NCBI RefSeq assembly: GCF_964355755.1
Contig: NC_092671.1
Span: forward strand, 20,088,001 to 20,152,000
DNA length: 64,000 nt
Source: Antedon mediterranea
Taxonomy: Eukaryota > Animalia > Echinodermata
Direction of reading: 5' to 3'
A program made the position numbers and the translations under genes. Below, one piece after another: positions 25,169 to 38,362 of this stretch; position 1 is the first letter of the stretch; every line of letters starts with the position of its first letter. Below the pieces are notes generated by a model. It saw nothing but the letters and a program-made list of their open reading frames with translations, was not told the origin of the DNA and made no database searches.

Positions 25169-27340
25169 AGTTACTTCTAGCATTCTGAAAAGAACTGTTG
25201 AGCTTAACGTTTCTATCAAAATGTCCTCGGGGACAGCAATAACTTGAAATTAAAACAATTTAAAGTATCAGTTATTGCATAACATTACTGTCTATAGGAT
25301 AAGTTGTGTAGATATGTTTTTTGTTTGAAACATTAGTAATAGTATTTCTGTTCATCTTTTAACCACATTTTCTATTACAATGAATGTAAATATGTATATT
25401 TCGAACAATTTGATACCAAATTTAAGTTTCTACGACCTGTACTTACAGAGATATGAAGATGCCCTGGTATGTGGGTCAAAGGTCAGAAATGGCATTTCTG
25501 ATCATTTTTGACTAAAATGCCCCATTAGATGGAATATAAATGCATGCCTTCTGAACATTTTGAGACCAAAATTGTCTTGCTGCGACCAGTGGTTGCCGAG
25601 ATACAAGTACCTTTTTTATTTGTTCAAATAACCCTTGACCTTGACCCTTTGACCTTTTGTAACATTTTTCAAAATGTGTAACAAATAACTAAATGTATAT
25701 TTCGAACAATTTGAGCCCAAATTCAAGTCACTACGGCCAATAGTTACGGAGATACAGACATGCCCTGGTTTATGGGTCAAAGGTCAGAAATGGCATTTCC
25801 GGTCATTTTCGACTAAAATGTTTCATTAGACTGAATATAAATGTATACCTTCTGATTAATTTAAGACCAAAATTACCTCGCTGTGACCAGTGGTTGTCGA
25901 GATTTAAGGACATAATGGTGTTTGATTTTATAACCTTTGACCCTGACCTTTTGACCTTTCGCCACATTTTCAAAATGTGTAACCAAGCCAAAAATGATTG
26001 TTTGACCACCCTAAACCAATTTCTGAAGTCAAATTCTCTGGACCTCAAAGTGCATACGAAAGTTGATCTAGCTACTAGAGTAGAGCCTTTGATATATTAA
26101 ATGATATATGTGTGAATAAATACATTATCCCAAATTTCCTTAGTGTACATGGTCATAATTTAGTGGGAAATTTTTATGATAAAGCTTGAATATTTTCCAA
26201 ACATATGGTACCTTGATTAAATTATGAAAAAAAACAACCTTTTAATCACCAAACAATACAATACATTCGCATACTTATTTCGTATATTTATATACTAAAA
26301 TAAATAATAAAGCCATTTCTATATCAAGGGCTCTGATAACCTTGTTTTCTGTCATGTCAACGTTATGTTTTCCTAAATTATTATATTATGTTAAAACGAT
26401 TAAAGCAAGAAGAACACAAATGATAACGATCTGCTGATGTAATACTAATTTTAAAGGCAATATGAGATACTCTTGTTTGGTTTCAGTTTTTGTTGATAAA
26501 TCGACATAAATTTGGACGATTTTTGCTATAAAAATTGGGCTTTGATAATTAATAAACAATTATCTACACTAATTTGGTAGGTATTGCAACGTTTTGAGTC
26601 CTGTTTGATTCTGTTTAGTAGGATCCTCTAAATAACAAATATCCTAATAATACTAGAACAGCATCTGGGTATTTGTATTTCCTCTACTAGTATATTCATT
26701 AAATACAGTCAATTAATACAAAATATATAAAACTTCGCAGTCATAACACATTTTTATAAATTTTAAGGGAGGTTGCATGTAAACACTGTTTTTCCTTTTG
26801 ATCTACAGTATAAAGTCATTTAATTTGGTGCCGCATTATAGAATTAATAAAATAAAGTAATCTTCTCTTGTATTTATGATATTATAATAATGTTATTACT
26901 AGACTATATCATTATTTCTTAATTAATAAATACTATTTAACTAAAATGAAAAGCAAAACACAAAAAGAACATTTTATAATATTAATTATCTGTACAAAAT
27001 ATGTCATATGTCATATCATTTGTGTTGAATTCATGCATTAGGCCTAGCCTAGTCCTAGCTTCGGTCTACTAGCCTACCTAGTCGAATAATATTAAATAAC
27101 GGTATAAATACTTACAGATGTAATAAATCATTAAAATTGCCTTGTGCAGTCACTGACATCTCTAAACGCATTCTGACCAAGCCAAGCTTAGCACACAATG
27201 TTAATAGTTCCTGGGCGCGAATTTTTTTTTTCGGAGGTAAGTGAGGAAAAAAAGTATGAATTATTCATAAGACGTCCCAACTACATCCATTGCGCATGTG
27301 CGACTCTCGCGAAGGATAATTCTTTTCTCTATGGATAAAC

Positions 27341-27361
27341 CATGGAGTTTTTTGCTCCATG
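27341..27361. mobile_element. 21-bp palindromic insert with 7-bp TSD (P-type footprint)
   Basis: GATAAAC|CATGGAGTTTTTTGCTCCATG|GATAAAC. Confidence 0.75.
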
Positions 27362-27558
27362 GATAAACAAACTATACTTTTTGAGGACACAGCCATTCGC
27401 TTTTAGCAATAAATATAAGATACATTAATTTAGTGTATCTCGAAAATTGAAGTAATATAGTCTATTACTGTATATTAGTAAGGCCTAGAAGTAGCTGGGA
27501 CAACAGCCTAGCTAACTGCGCTAGCCTACTAGAAGGAGTTCGCGTGGATATGTGATAC

Positions 27559-27579
27559 CATGGAGTAAATTACTCCATG
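27559..27579. mobile_element. 21-bp palindromic insert with 7-bp TSD (P-type footprint)
   Basis: GTGATAC|CATGGAGTAAATTACTCCATG|GTGATAC. Confidence 0.8.
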
Positions 27580-27596
27580 GTGATACCAAGGCATTG

Positions 27597-27981
27597 TGTA
27601 GTGGAGAATTATAGTAATCAGAACAGTACTGTGGTTGGTCAACTAGCGTTCCAGTTATACAACAATACATCTGTAGTGAATTTATCTTAGTTGGTTCCGA
27701 GCTTTCTCAGGCGTATATATTTCCACGCGACGTACACAGCTGTCACTGAATGATAACTCATACAAAAAGTATATTTAACTCCACTAGAACTTTTATTCCT
27801 TGTAACTCGATTAATACATCTTTCTACCACTACCAGTCGAGCCTTAATATTCTCTTTATCAACTTTCCGTTTATCTACTCTGATCTTATTCTCTCTTCTC
27901 GTTTATCTACTCTGATCTTATTCTCTCTTCTCGTTTATCTACTCTGATCTTATTCTCTCTTCTCCTCTAATATCTATTACA
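27597..27981. mobile_element. Possible short solo LTR containing a 32-bp x3 tandem repeat (27868-27963)
   Basis: TGTAGTGGA...TCTATTACA termini; CGTTTATCTACTCTGATCTTATTCTCTCTTCT three times; no clear TSD. Confidence 0.4.
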
Positions 27982-30900
27982 TTCTACTTTTATACTGGAT
28001 ATGCAAATTTTAGGCTTCAGAGGAGGATAACATTTTCCCTCCAAAAATTATACGATTTTAATTGGCTAATAATAAGGCGGACCTGGTCTAAAGCATCCTT
28101 CTCTAAACACAGAGAATCACAACATCAATAATATGACAACATCCATTCATAGTAAGTTCGCATAAAAAACATCTATCTAATGGTGACAAAAATAGATAAA
28201 GTGGTAATGCTGTGCCTCGCTATGGCAGTCTGCTGCACCCGAATTTTGGTAGTCGTTTGGAGGCATTTCTTCGCTCTGATTTTAATTTGCCTTGCAGCAG
28301 AGTGCCAATTATATTTACCGAAAGTAGCCAATGCAGAGACTAAAGCAGCATCCGTAGTGATATTGTCAAACGCGGAGATGAATATCCTTAAAGGGGCTTT
28401 GTATTTAACATCATTATGTTCATTCACCTTCTTGCTGTGCTTTTCAAATATTGATTTCAATCTTTCTTGATCCTCAGTCTGGTCATCGTCGGTTGCTTCT
28501 GTACATCTTCCCCGATTCTGAAATGCATTTTCTGCAGAACGCTGTAGATTGAGGGAGTCCAACCTTACAATCTGAGGATCCTGCAGGACAGACTGACCGC
28601 TCCCAGTGGTAGCTGCAGTAGGCTCATCATGTCCAAGACCCATTAACCAGTCTCAATCTATATCATCTCTACCTATATCAGCAGGAAAAAACAATAATTT
28701 AATAATTCTTTTAAGATGTGTTCACTATGCATCTCTAAACTTAGTTTTGTCGGTCGGTTCTTTCAATGTTTATTACAGGCCATGCCCTTTCCTGCCAAAG
28801 CCTCCAGCTTGTTCAGAGCCAGCCATGGTATTATTATTATTATATAATATAGGATGCCTAATTGTGTTCTATACGCGAAAATATTGATTGCATGAGTCTG
28901 CCACAGTTCAATGTTTTCCTGTATACCCCAAAAATTAGGCATCCAATATTTAGGCCTTTTATTATTTACCTATAAAATATAAATTCTTTTATAACCTATC
29001 GCGGAAAGTTGAGCAAAACATCAGATGTTGTCAACAACATACATCACATCCATTCAAAATTCTGTGACTCAAAAAAATGTCTTGATTGGATGTACTCCAT
29101 AATATTAGGGGCTGGCTTATAGCATTCATATTCATTAAATATTCCACAAATACCTGTAATTGTTATTAATTAATTAATTAATATCGGTAATTAATTCTAC
29201 CTTGTGTAACCAGCAAACATGATTACACAATTTTACAATACAGATCTAGAATTCTGAATGGAACAATATAATTACCTGTAGCTATTGAATAATATAATTT
29301 CCTCAAAAAGGGTGACGTAATTGGAGTGTGATTAGAATTGATGATGTTGAAAGTCTTCATTACTGCATTTTGATGTTTGCATGGTCCACCAGTGTTTCCA
29401 ACAGGGCAAGTGCAGGTGCCAATGCTGATGTCCACATGATACAGCTTGTCTGTTGAAGCACTTGGCACTGAGTAATTTGATGCATTTTCCTCTTACAACA
29501 AATAAAAAGTAAAGTTATTGTCTATGATATTCATTATTCTATGTATGTTCAATTTTGTTGCTTGAATGTTCAGCGTTAGCGGCCAGTCAAATCCATGGTG
29601 AGCTAGTGAAATACCCAAGCGACTGGTCTGCTTTGGCCAGTTAAAATGGCTTATAAATTGGGACAGTCCTTTTGATTACGAACCAGTTAAATGATAGATT
29701 TACTGGTCTGGTGGGCCAGTTAAAAAAACCATAAGGGCAACACCTTAATGTTTGTTTTGCTTTACCTTCAGAATGTTGTCACAGTTGATATTCCCATCAC
29801 TCATGAAGTACCGTGATTGTTGAATATTGGCTGTGCGATTATTGGCAACATCTAAAAGTCATCGTGCATTAAGACTCCATTCTTGTGAGGATGAAGTCCA
29901 TTAACTGGGTGACGTTATACGCTTTCAGCCGGTACAAAACCTTGTCTTTTACGACTCGCATTGCACTCTCAACATAATTGTTGGTGTTGTTCCCTCTTGT
30001 CATTAAGTTGCTTCTTAAGCATATAGCCCAGGCCTCTTTTCGTTGGTATATGCTGTCCAGGTGTTCTCTGTACTTATGGTACTTTCTTGCTGCTGGGTCT
30101 TCGGTTACTGCTTCGTACCGTTCATTAAGCTCTCTGGCCGATAGCATAGACCAAACTCTTCAAGACGCCAAGGAGAGAAGGTCTGTCACATTTGGCAATC
30201 CTGTTTTTGGCATCCCATAGCCAGCGCCACATAGCCTGTAACAGATGAAATATACACAGTAGCAATGACGTTTCTGGATACACTGCATGGATGGCTAAAA
30301 CCGAAGTGCTTGGCAGTCATCTGTCATTGCTATCTGTGGCCCTTGTGCACCCCTGCCAAAATAGGAACCATCGGGAAGAATCGTCTGCAAAAGCTTGATC
30401 TCTGTTGTGATTGTTGCTTTGCTCTGAAGTAGTTATTACAACACCCAATGGTATAGCCCACCAGCAGATGAATATGTCAGGAAAATGAATATCCTGCTAT
30501 CCTGCAATTACCAGAGGAGTCAACAAAATTCATTTCGCCACTGTGCTTGACTTTGGTGTGTACCCGCTTCATTAAAAAAAATAAAAGTACATGGTTTTGA
30601 TTAGTTTCAGAAATATTTGTTTTTCCACCATACACCACACACCAATCATTTTTGTTTTGTTGAAAAATAGTTGAAGAGCCTTTTCAAATTGTGTAACTGT
30701 TCTCATTTTAAAAAAAAATTGGGGTTTTTTTTTGACCCTGCAAAATTTCTTATGCCAATCACAAGGCTTCTATTAACACAGCAATGTAAACAAATATCAT
30801 AGCAGACTGAAGGTCCAAGTCGGACGGTATAATAATACCCCACCCACATAGTATGTTTTATACTCTTCGAAAATGCGAAACTGTTACTTACTTTGAATTT

Positions 30901-33699
30901 GTGATGGATACCAAGTTCATGGTAGCAGGGCAGCCTGTGTTTTTTGTCCCTTTCCCTGGTTTTGATGACCTGGTATTGTGTTGGCATCTCACAACCTAAA
31001 GACAAGAGACAAACAGTAAGCAATAGGGAACTGCCACAACTAAATTATAGTAAAATTTACTTACCTTAGTTTGTCACTTTTTTTAAAGCGAACCAGTACT
31101 TGACATTATCATCATAATTATCATTATTATTTAAATTATAATCCCAGCCACAATTTGTTCTTATTAGTTTGTTCTACAGATTTGTCTTGTTTAATGTTCT
31201 AATATTGTGGTGATAAAATTAGATTTTTCAAGAGTGAAAAGGGAAGCTTAATCTCAACCTGGAGCGATTCGAACACATGACCTCTTCCCTAAAAGACTTA
31301 ATATACTGTAGCATCCAATTATGTATTTTCTTATTTTATTTATTTTTTGATAATCTTTTTGAACTTTAGGGGGAAAGAAGTAAGTAATGTAAATATATTT
31401 ACCCTGTATGTATTGTAACGCCCAGAATTGGGATATGTCTTGGATTTTCTCCAATTTAAAGAAGAGAACCTCTGAAATGCTTCAAGCCACTTTTGTACAT
31501 CTTCCTCTGTTGTTAGCTTCAACCGCAAAAGGCATGTGTAATTTACTTCATGATGGTATTCTGCAGGTAGAATGGCCTAAGGAAGTGACAATATTTACAT
31601 TAATTTAATTACATATTACAATTTACAGATATCTCTCTGACAGTGATGACGTAACTGAATGTAATTGAATTATTTAATATTTTTAATAAGTTATTCATAT
31701 TATTAATATATTCATAATTATTAATATTCATATTATTATTAGTATCATTAATTATCATCATTATCATTACATTTAATTATTATTAAATGAATTATTGATC
31801 ATTATTATTATTAATACATCAGTACATTTCAACTGCGCTCATCGCTGTTGCAGCGTGTAGTTAGTAGTAGCAATGGCATAGCCTACCCAACCCTCTATTT
31901 GTTTTCCAATCTGATGAAATCATTTAATATGCCATTTCTTCTTCTTATCCTACAAAAATAATATTTATAATAGGCCTAGCCTAGGCCTGACCTATATTAT
32001 TGTGGGCATGGTAACAAACTCGCCTGAGAGCGTTTGCAAAGGAGGCGCGACCGCACCGACATCATTCATACTGACTGAGGAAAGGGAGTCATCATCGTTG
32101 TCCTTTCATCCTCTCTAAACTAGCCTCCTCAGGGTAGGCGCAAAGGCCTAGATAGATAGAGAGGCAGGCAGCCTCAGGCGCAAAAATCAACACGATATAA
32201 CAAAATTATAATAAAGCATAACTGACCTCTAAGTTTTCATAGATTACATCGCGTCCTACATCTTCCTCATCATCATCACAAATTTCGCATTTGGATACCG
32301 TAATTTTTATCTTTTTTATATTGCGAAAAAGTTTTCTTCTTCTGTGTAACTTTATTTTTTCATAACGTCGCGCGAGAAAGGTGACGTAATCGCGATTAAT
32401 GTAATGCGCATGCGCAAATGACTCTGACTAGGATATCATGAATAATTCATAATTTTTTTCCTCACTTACCTACGAAAAAAAAAATTTTCTCCCTGGGCTG
32501 AATCGCAACCCTAATATTTATTTCATATTAATGGTTACTTTTTTAACTATCTGATTAATTCACATGATGGAGTACATCCATAAGGTGCCCCTAGTCACAA
32601 AAATAAAAAATATAAAAAATGGATGAAATGCACTTTACCGAATCAGGGCAGTTAAACTTAAAGGCCGGCACATTTAAATTCCCGTTTATGCATTAGTCTA
32701 TATTAGAATGGACAATTTGTGCGGAAAATATGTTTTTGGGCCAATTTCTTTGCAACTGCCAAACGCTGTTATCGGTAATCATCGGCTATTTTCCTACGTC
32801 ACAATTAGATCATTAGCGATATCGAGACAGCAGCATATGTGATCAGCGCAGCTGCAGTTATAGCAATGCTGCCATGCGCCATTTTAAATGAAAACCGGGG
32901 GCGGGTACCGTAGTACAAAACTGTATCCTTGCTCATGTTTCTACCTCATGCACACCGCTCCTGCCAAACATAAGATTGAGCACCCTTTTTATTTACCATT
33001 TTTCCAAACACCAAATGCAGTGATACCACTAGGCTAGGTTATGTTTCTTACTACTGTAATTACTATTTCTAAGCTGCTATAGGCAATAGCTGAATGCGGG
33101 ATGATTCGGCCCAGGTTTGATGGGATGAATCAGGGGATTGTAAATTTTCAAGGGTTGTAGGCCTACAAGAAGGCACAACCAAAGAGGATGAAGTTAATTA
33201 GAAAACATACAGTGTCGTTCATCATTATACAAACCAAATATTCTTACCACCACAAATCAGACATTCAACTGAACAACAGAATACTTTTGCCGAATAAATA
33301 TTATTATTATTATAATTTCCAGAATTTATTAGCTTCGTTAGGGACTTTCTCTGACTTTAAAAATTCTGCCTGTGTTTTATAGGCCGGAAAAAATAGGCGG
33401 GATATGATGGTATTGCTGTTTGGTAGCCCGATATAGAGTGTCATTTCCGGCGAACTATAGGTGCCATTTATTTATTTTTATTTTTTTTACGTGCGACAGT
33501 ACAATTTCCGGGCTTATGTCATTTAACAAAATTCGCCACCATGGGGGGCCTCTGGCGCAAAAACCTGTTATCTACGGACCTGGACTCGTGGGCAACCCCC
33601 TTAAAATAGTTCTGCGACCGCCCCTGTGTGGTCATGATCACAGACAGTCTGGTAATCTTTGTCTTCGCAAGAACTAAGAGCATAGGCCCTACAATGATT

Positions 33700-35243
33700 G
33701 GCAACTTTAGAATGGTTAGAAATGTGAGAACTTGTTATAAAGGTAACAAAGTGGTCAATTTCCTAGTCTGGCTGTACGCATACTGTAGTGTTCTTTAGAG
33801 GTTGAATTACAGAACCTCTACCATGTAACAACAAATGGTGTTCATGGCAACGTTGAAACGATATCTAGTTAAGTTAGGTATCCACTTCTGCAGTTCCTTG
33901 AAGGTTACCTATCAACCATGATTGATAAAATCTGACGTCTTGTACTCCAGTGGTTAGTATGAAGATCGCATTCTGATAGAGCATCTAATAGAGAATAATC
34001 GGTTCTTTCATCAGCCTCTGTCGTTTTATCACTTGATAAGCCTTTAAGTAGAGTAGTCGACTGACCAGGAGCGATTTCTTCCAGGCACGTAGAGATACAT
34101 GTGGAAATGTTTAGTACGGTCTGAAACTTGCTCCAGCGGTGCAGATAAAGGATATATAATTCGAATTGAGAAATGCATTTAATTTTTCTTAGTTGAAGAA
34201 AAAAGTTGGAACACAATAATTGATATAGGCTCATTTGAGTATCCATAACATCACACGCCTGTGTTTGACAAGTTGGAGTGGCTTATGGCATGTATAACTC
34301 ATTCTTATTACTATCCTGAAAATCAGAATATTGGTAAAAATTACTACTGACTTTGATTCAAATTTGATTCGTGATATATATAAATTGATGATGACAATGG
34401 CAGGGGATGCGGACAATATTCCTCCTACCACCAACATACAAAATAAAAGGAACAAAGTAAACATGAAACACAATAATTTACTTAATCTTTCCGCCAATAA
34501 ATGCGTATACATAAATGTTGTACTGTACGGTATTTTAAACTTATATGTGCGTGCACTCATCTGAGAGACGAGACTAGGGCAATTTGTTTCAGTGTTCGAG
34601 GTTCTGATGATGCTGGATGACTCCAGCATCTTACGGCAAGTTGAACAGATACCTGATAAAAGACGTAAAACTTTTACCTACAGGTTCTTTTTTAACAGTT
34701 TTAATTACATTAAATATATAAAAATATAAAATGAAATTATATTTACCTGAACCAAGTTGCAGGAAAGTTCCGGTTTTCTTTAATATTAGTTGCGAATCTT
34801 CTTCTTCTGCTAATACCCCTATCGCACTTGTGTCCCCTTTACCTTGCTTTGGATGTGATTAGAGAGATCAGACGGCACTCTACATATGTTGTTATTTCCT
34901 CGAGACCAACCTTAAACCCAAGTTCCGATCGATGCAAGGTACAAACAGTCCAACTATGAATATCAGCGGGCAAGGTAAACATGGCTGCTCGACTAAAAAT
35001 TAGGTCTACCTCACTATCGATGCCCGTAAACCTAAACGTGGATCTGTGTGCAGCGATTTCCTTCCGGCATGCTTGTAAAGGTAAGACTTTAGTGCTCTGC
35101 TTGCAATCTTTTCTATCAAATCCACAAGCTCCGCCGACCACTGATTTAAAAGGACATGAAATCTCCATGTTGTTTGAACTTAAAGCCATCAGACAATAGT
35201 TATATATAAGAATTATTGTCAACGTCTTTAAATTGTAAGACAT
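33700..35243 (-). pseudogene. Sola3-like transposase N-terminal remnant
   Basis: CPFKSVVGGACG..CTLHRSELG; HWSTRRQILSIM; TRYRFN; IDHFVTFITS; multiple frameshifts. Family assignment is from memory of the motifs. Confidence 0.5.
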
Positions 35244-36888
35244 AAACTAGTGTCAATGAATATATTGTTGTCTATCGAATATACGCTTCGCACAGGCTCG
35301 GTGAAGTGTTTTGTCTACTGTGGGTAATGTTTTGAAACATGCTCGTTGAGTAAGTTCCACCAGATTGACAAACAGGAAAATGATAACAAATGTGTTTTAT
35401 GCTATGAACTATGAGAGGATGGAATGATTAATAATATGGTTTGACAAAGCATAAGCAAGTGATTTTGATTTAATTGCTTAATTATCAGAAACATATTTTT
35501 AATTTGTGTTTAAATTGCAACTTAATTCAAAATTATTCCAGTAACTTTCAGTTTATCTTTAAAGTTTGTTTCTCATAATAAAAGTTTGGCTCAAAGCGAC
35601 TTAGATAACTAAATAGAGAAAAATACAGGATAGGATACAGGAAGCATACATGTGTGCAAGTGTCATTAAAAAAAAACTGTGTTACAGTAGTTTTCAATTT
35701 ATATTCAGTTTAAGAATGTCAGAAAATTGCGCATAGTTGCGCTACACAACCATATTTTCATTAAACTAAAGTCTGTTGTCCTGGTAAAAAACAAGGGCTG
35801 ATTGACCATGTGTGTTGGGAAAAAAATATGATATTTTCTGATGAAAATAAAACAATACCCTAGTCGAGTGTGCCCAATTAAAGATTTTCATCTTTCAAAA
35901 CTACCAAACTGTTGAATATTGTAGTCACTGATGTAATAAATTCATCAGGGGATGCCATGCCTCAAATTTTAAATATTGCATGCATGTGTCAATTTGCTGA
36001 GTTTCAAATATGATTAATTAATTAGTTAAGATGAAACAAGTTCACAGGTTAACAAAATCGGTCACAAGCACAACTTTAAAATACAATTTTAATAATCAAT
36101 TCCTAAAAAGCCACAAAATGTTCCAGCTTTCACATACAGCTCGTTTGATGAGGTCTGCATCTTTCCCATGATTAGTTTTCCAAGTATAAATTCTCATCTG
36201 CAAAATGCAATTCAAATTACTAAATATTTATGATTTAATTAGGGTGAAACAACACTAATCCCAATCCCACATATTTCAGTTTTAATACTATTAATATTTA
36301 AAAACGAGGCCTAGGCCTGTTAATTAAAGTAATATTTTTTTAAATTAATAAATACAGGACCGAGTGTAGGCTGGACTAGCCTATGGTAAATAACAATTCA
36401 TACTATTTATACTGCACAACACTATTTCAGGAATAATGCAGTTCAGGATATAACACAAAATGTATGCGGAGTGTCCCAACATGCCCCAGCCCTGTGAAAA
36501 GCTCGGATTTTATCACTCGAGGCCTAGTACAATTAAACATTGCCTAAATATTTGTTAGTGGTAAGTAAGGATGAATTTGATCATAATTATCTGGATGAAA
36601 ATACAAATATTTTTGATATCATGTAAAAAAATACTTACACAGTCAAAAGTAAGGCCTAGATTGTGGTAAATAAATTAGAAATCGTAGTATCACGTTGGAA
36701 CTTCGCATAAAGGTGCAGGGATTGTTTGGCAGAGAGTTACTGAAATTTTCCCAATTTATTTTAATGACAAGTCACTGTCCCAACTGCCCCGCTCTCCCCT
36801 ATTACACTCTAGTTCTTCATCTGTTGAATTGCTTGTATCTTTCATCAAATTGAGGATTGGCTTGACATACATTGATTAGATTTTTACT

Positions 36889-37260
36889 TTCGTTTCGTTT
36901 CGTAATATTTATTCAACCAAAAAACATATTATTTAACATAAATATTAAACATTTTAACATAACATTTCTACTTATTTTTTTGGCTGGGATCTGGTTTAGA
37001 AGTATTAAGTTGTCTCAATCAGACCCCTATCAAAACAAATATTAGAAATAGTTTAATAAGGAAAAAGGTTTACGCCTTTATTTAGACTTCAAATTATATA
37101 AGTAATTATGAAAATAAATATGTAAATCATTGACAGTTATATTTTTACTCATGGTAATTAGACAAATAAAAATACTTTATGCATTTCTTTAAAATTATTA
37201 AAGTTTTAAATTGTTTGGGATGTCGATTAATTAAGTCATTAAAACATCACATAAAGGTAT
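36889..37260 (-). mobile_element. 3' fragment of a LINE
   Basis: AATAAA followed by an (ACGAA)n tail on the - strand. Confidence 0.4.
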
Positions 37261-38362
37261 TTCAAATAATTACACCTGTGCTAGAGCTTTTTTTAAATTT
37301 GCCTCCATTCTTCAACATACAGAGAATTCGGACAAGTTCCATTATTTTCATCTAACATTAAAAAAACAAGCCCTATTTAACATGAGCTTTTGCCTCTAGC
37401 ATTTACTTGTTTGTTTCAGCCTAAAGCTAGTCATTAATGTCATAAATTCAATTATTTACAGTTAGTAGTAATAGTATACAGTTTGTAAACAACAAAATAT
37501 ATTTCCTATACATAATTATTACATAACATATTGACAAAGAAAAAAGAATGGAAATCACTGTAAACAACATATTCTGACGTAAACAAAAATGCAAATTTAA
37601 GGATGTAAAAATAAAATCAGTGAAAGTATGATAATCATTAAAAATAATAAAGGTGCGATAAACAGTATACTGTTCAGAAATAATTAACAGTGGATACTAA
37701 TCAAAGTATTGCATTATATCGGGCAAAATAGCGCGGCCAGCAAGTTTATAAGTAGATTCCCAGATCATTTTAAGTTTCACATCATTTGAATGGGTGTGAA
37801 CATAAACAGAATTACAGACAAACTCAAAAGAGTAACTGTCAGTGGTTGGAGAAGGAGGAACTTTTCTTCAATCATTTATGGGGATATCCACTGATATTTT
37901 TGCTTCCATTCTCCACAGCTTTTTTTAAACCAGTCTGTATTTCTTTCAGTTGGGCTTGTCTGTGTATGTTGATTTTCCTACATTATTTTCTTTCATTCAG
38001 TCATTATGGACTACATTATGATTATGCATAGCAATAATCCCTTTCGCTATATTTTTCCTTTCCAAGGTAGACCTAAAATGAATCGCAAATGAATAATGCG
38101 TTTTGAATGCTTTAAAATAATATTAACAATCAAACACAAGGCATATGTATATACTTAGCAAGATTGGTATAGATTTTCTTTTTTTAGTAAAAAAAACGTA
38201 AAAAAAACTTTTAATGCCTACTTACCACGTTTTTCTGAATGTTTTGTTGCCGTCTTTAAAAGCACACTTAGTGGTTTTCCGTCGCCATGCCTTGTGACTA
38301 AAGACAATGTTGTTGTAGTAGTATGTGTATACCAAACTTTTATTATATTGGGATGAGCCGTA

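Larger units (their letters stand above)
19658..26082. mobile_element. Non-autonomous foldback element, Academ-like
   Basis: TIR starts TACTCTAGTAGCTAGATCAAC; 3-bp TSD GAG (19655-57 / 26083-85); arms ~900 bp with an internal ~300-bp tandem unit. Confidence 0.8.
19441..26601. mobile_element. Older, diverged outer inverted-repeat shell
   Basis: 19441-19620 is inversely similar to 26404-26601 (e.g. GTAGATAATTGTTTATTAATTA and CAGCAGATCGTTATCA.TTGTGTTCTTCTTGC). Confidence 0.6.
27205..32499 (-). mobile_element. MULE/MuDR transposon with SWIM finger, spliced and degraded
   Basis: ~90-bp imperfect TIRs (GGTAAGTGAGGAAAAAAA.TATGAATTATTCAT); FVDSSG, GPQIAMTDDC, LLCIFHLLQAMWRWLW, RGNNTNNYVES, SWIM CTCPVGNTGGPCKH, C-terminal VQQTAIAR. 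Confidence 0.8.

Noticed and set aside
19628-26100. Duplicated short ORFs (MSRFKDIMV..., MVKQSFLAW...)
   Set aside because: Artefacts of non-coding inverted repeats.
11737-33604. TTAAGGGGGT...ACCCCCTTAA as ends of one giant TTAA element
   Set aside because: The match is only ~10 bp and does not extend inward.
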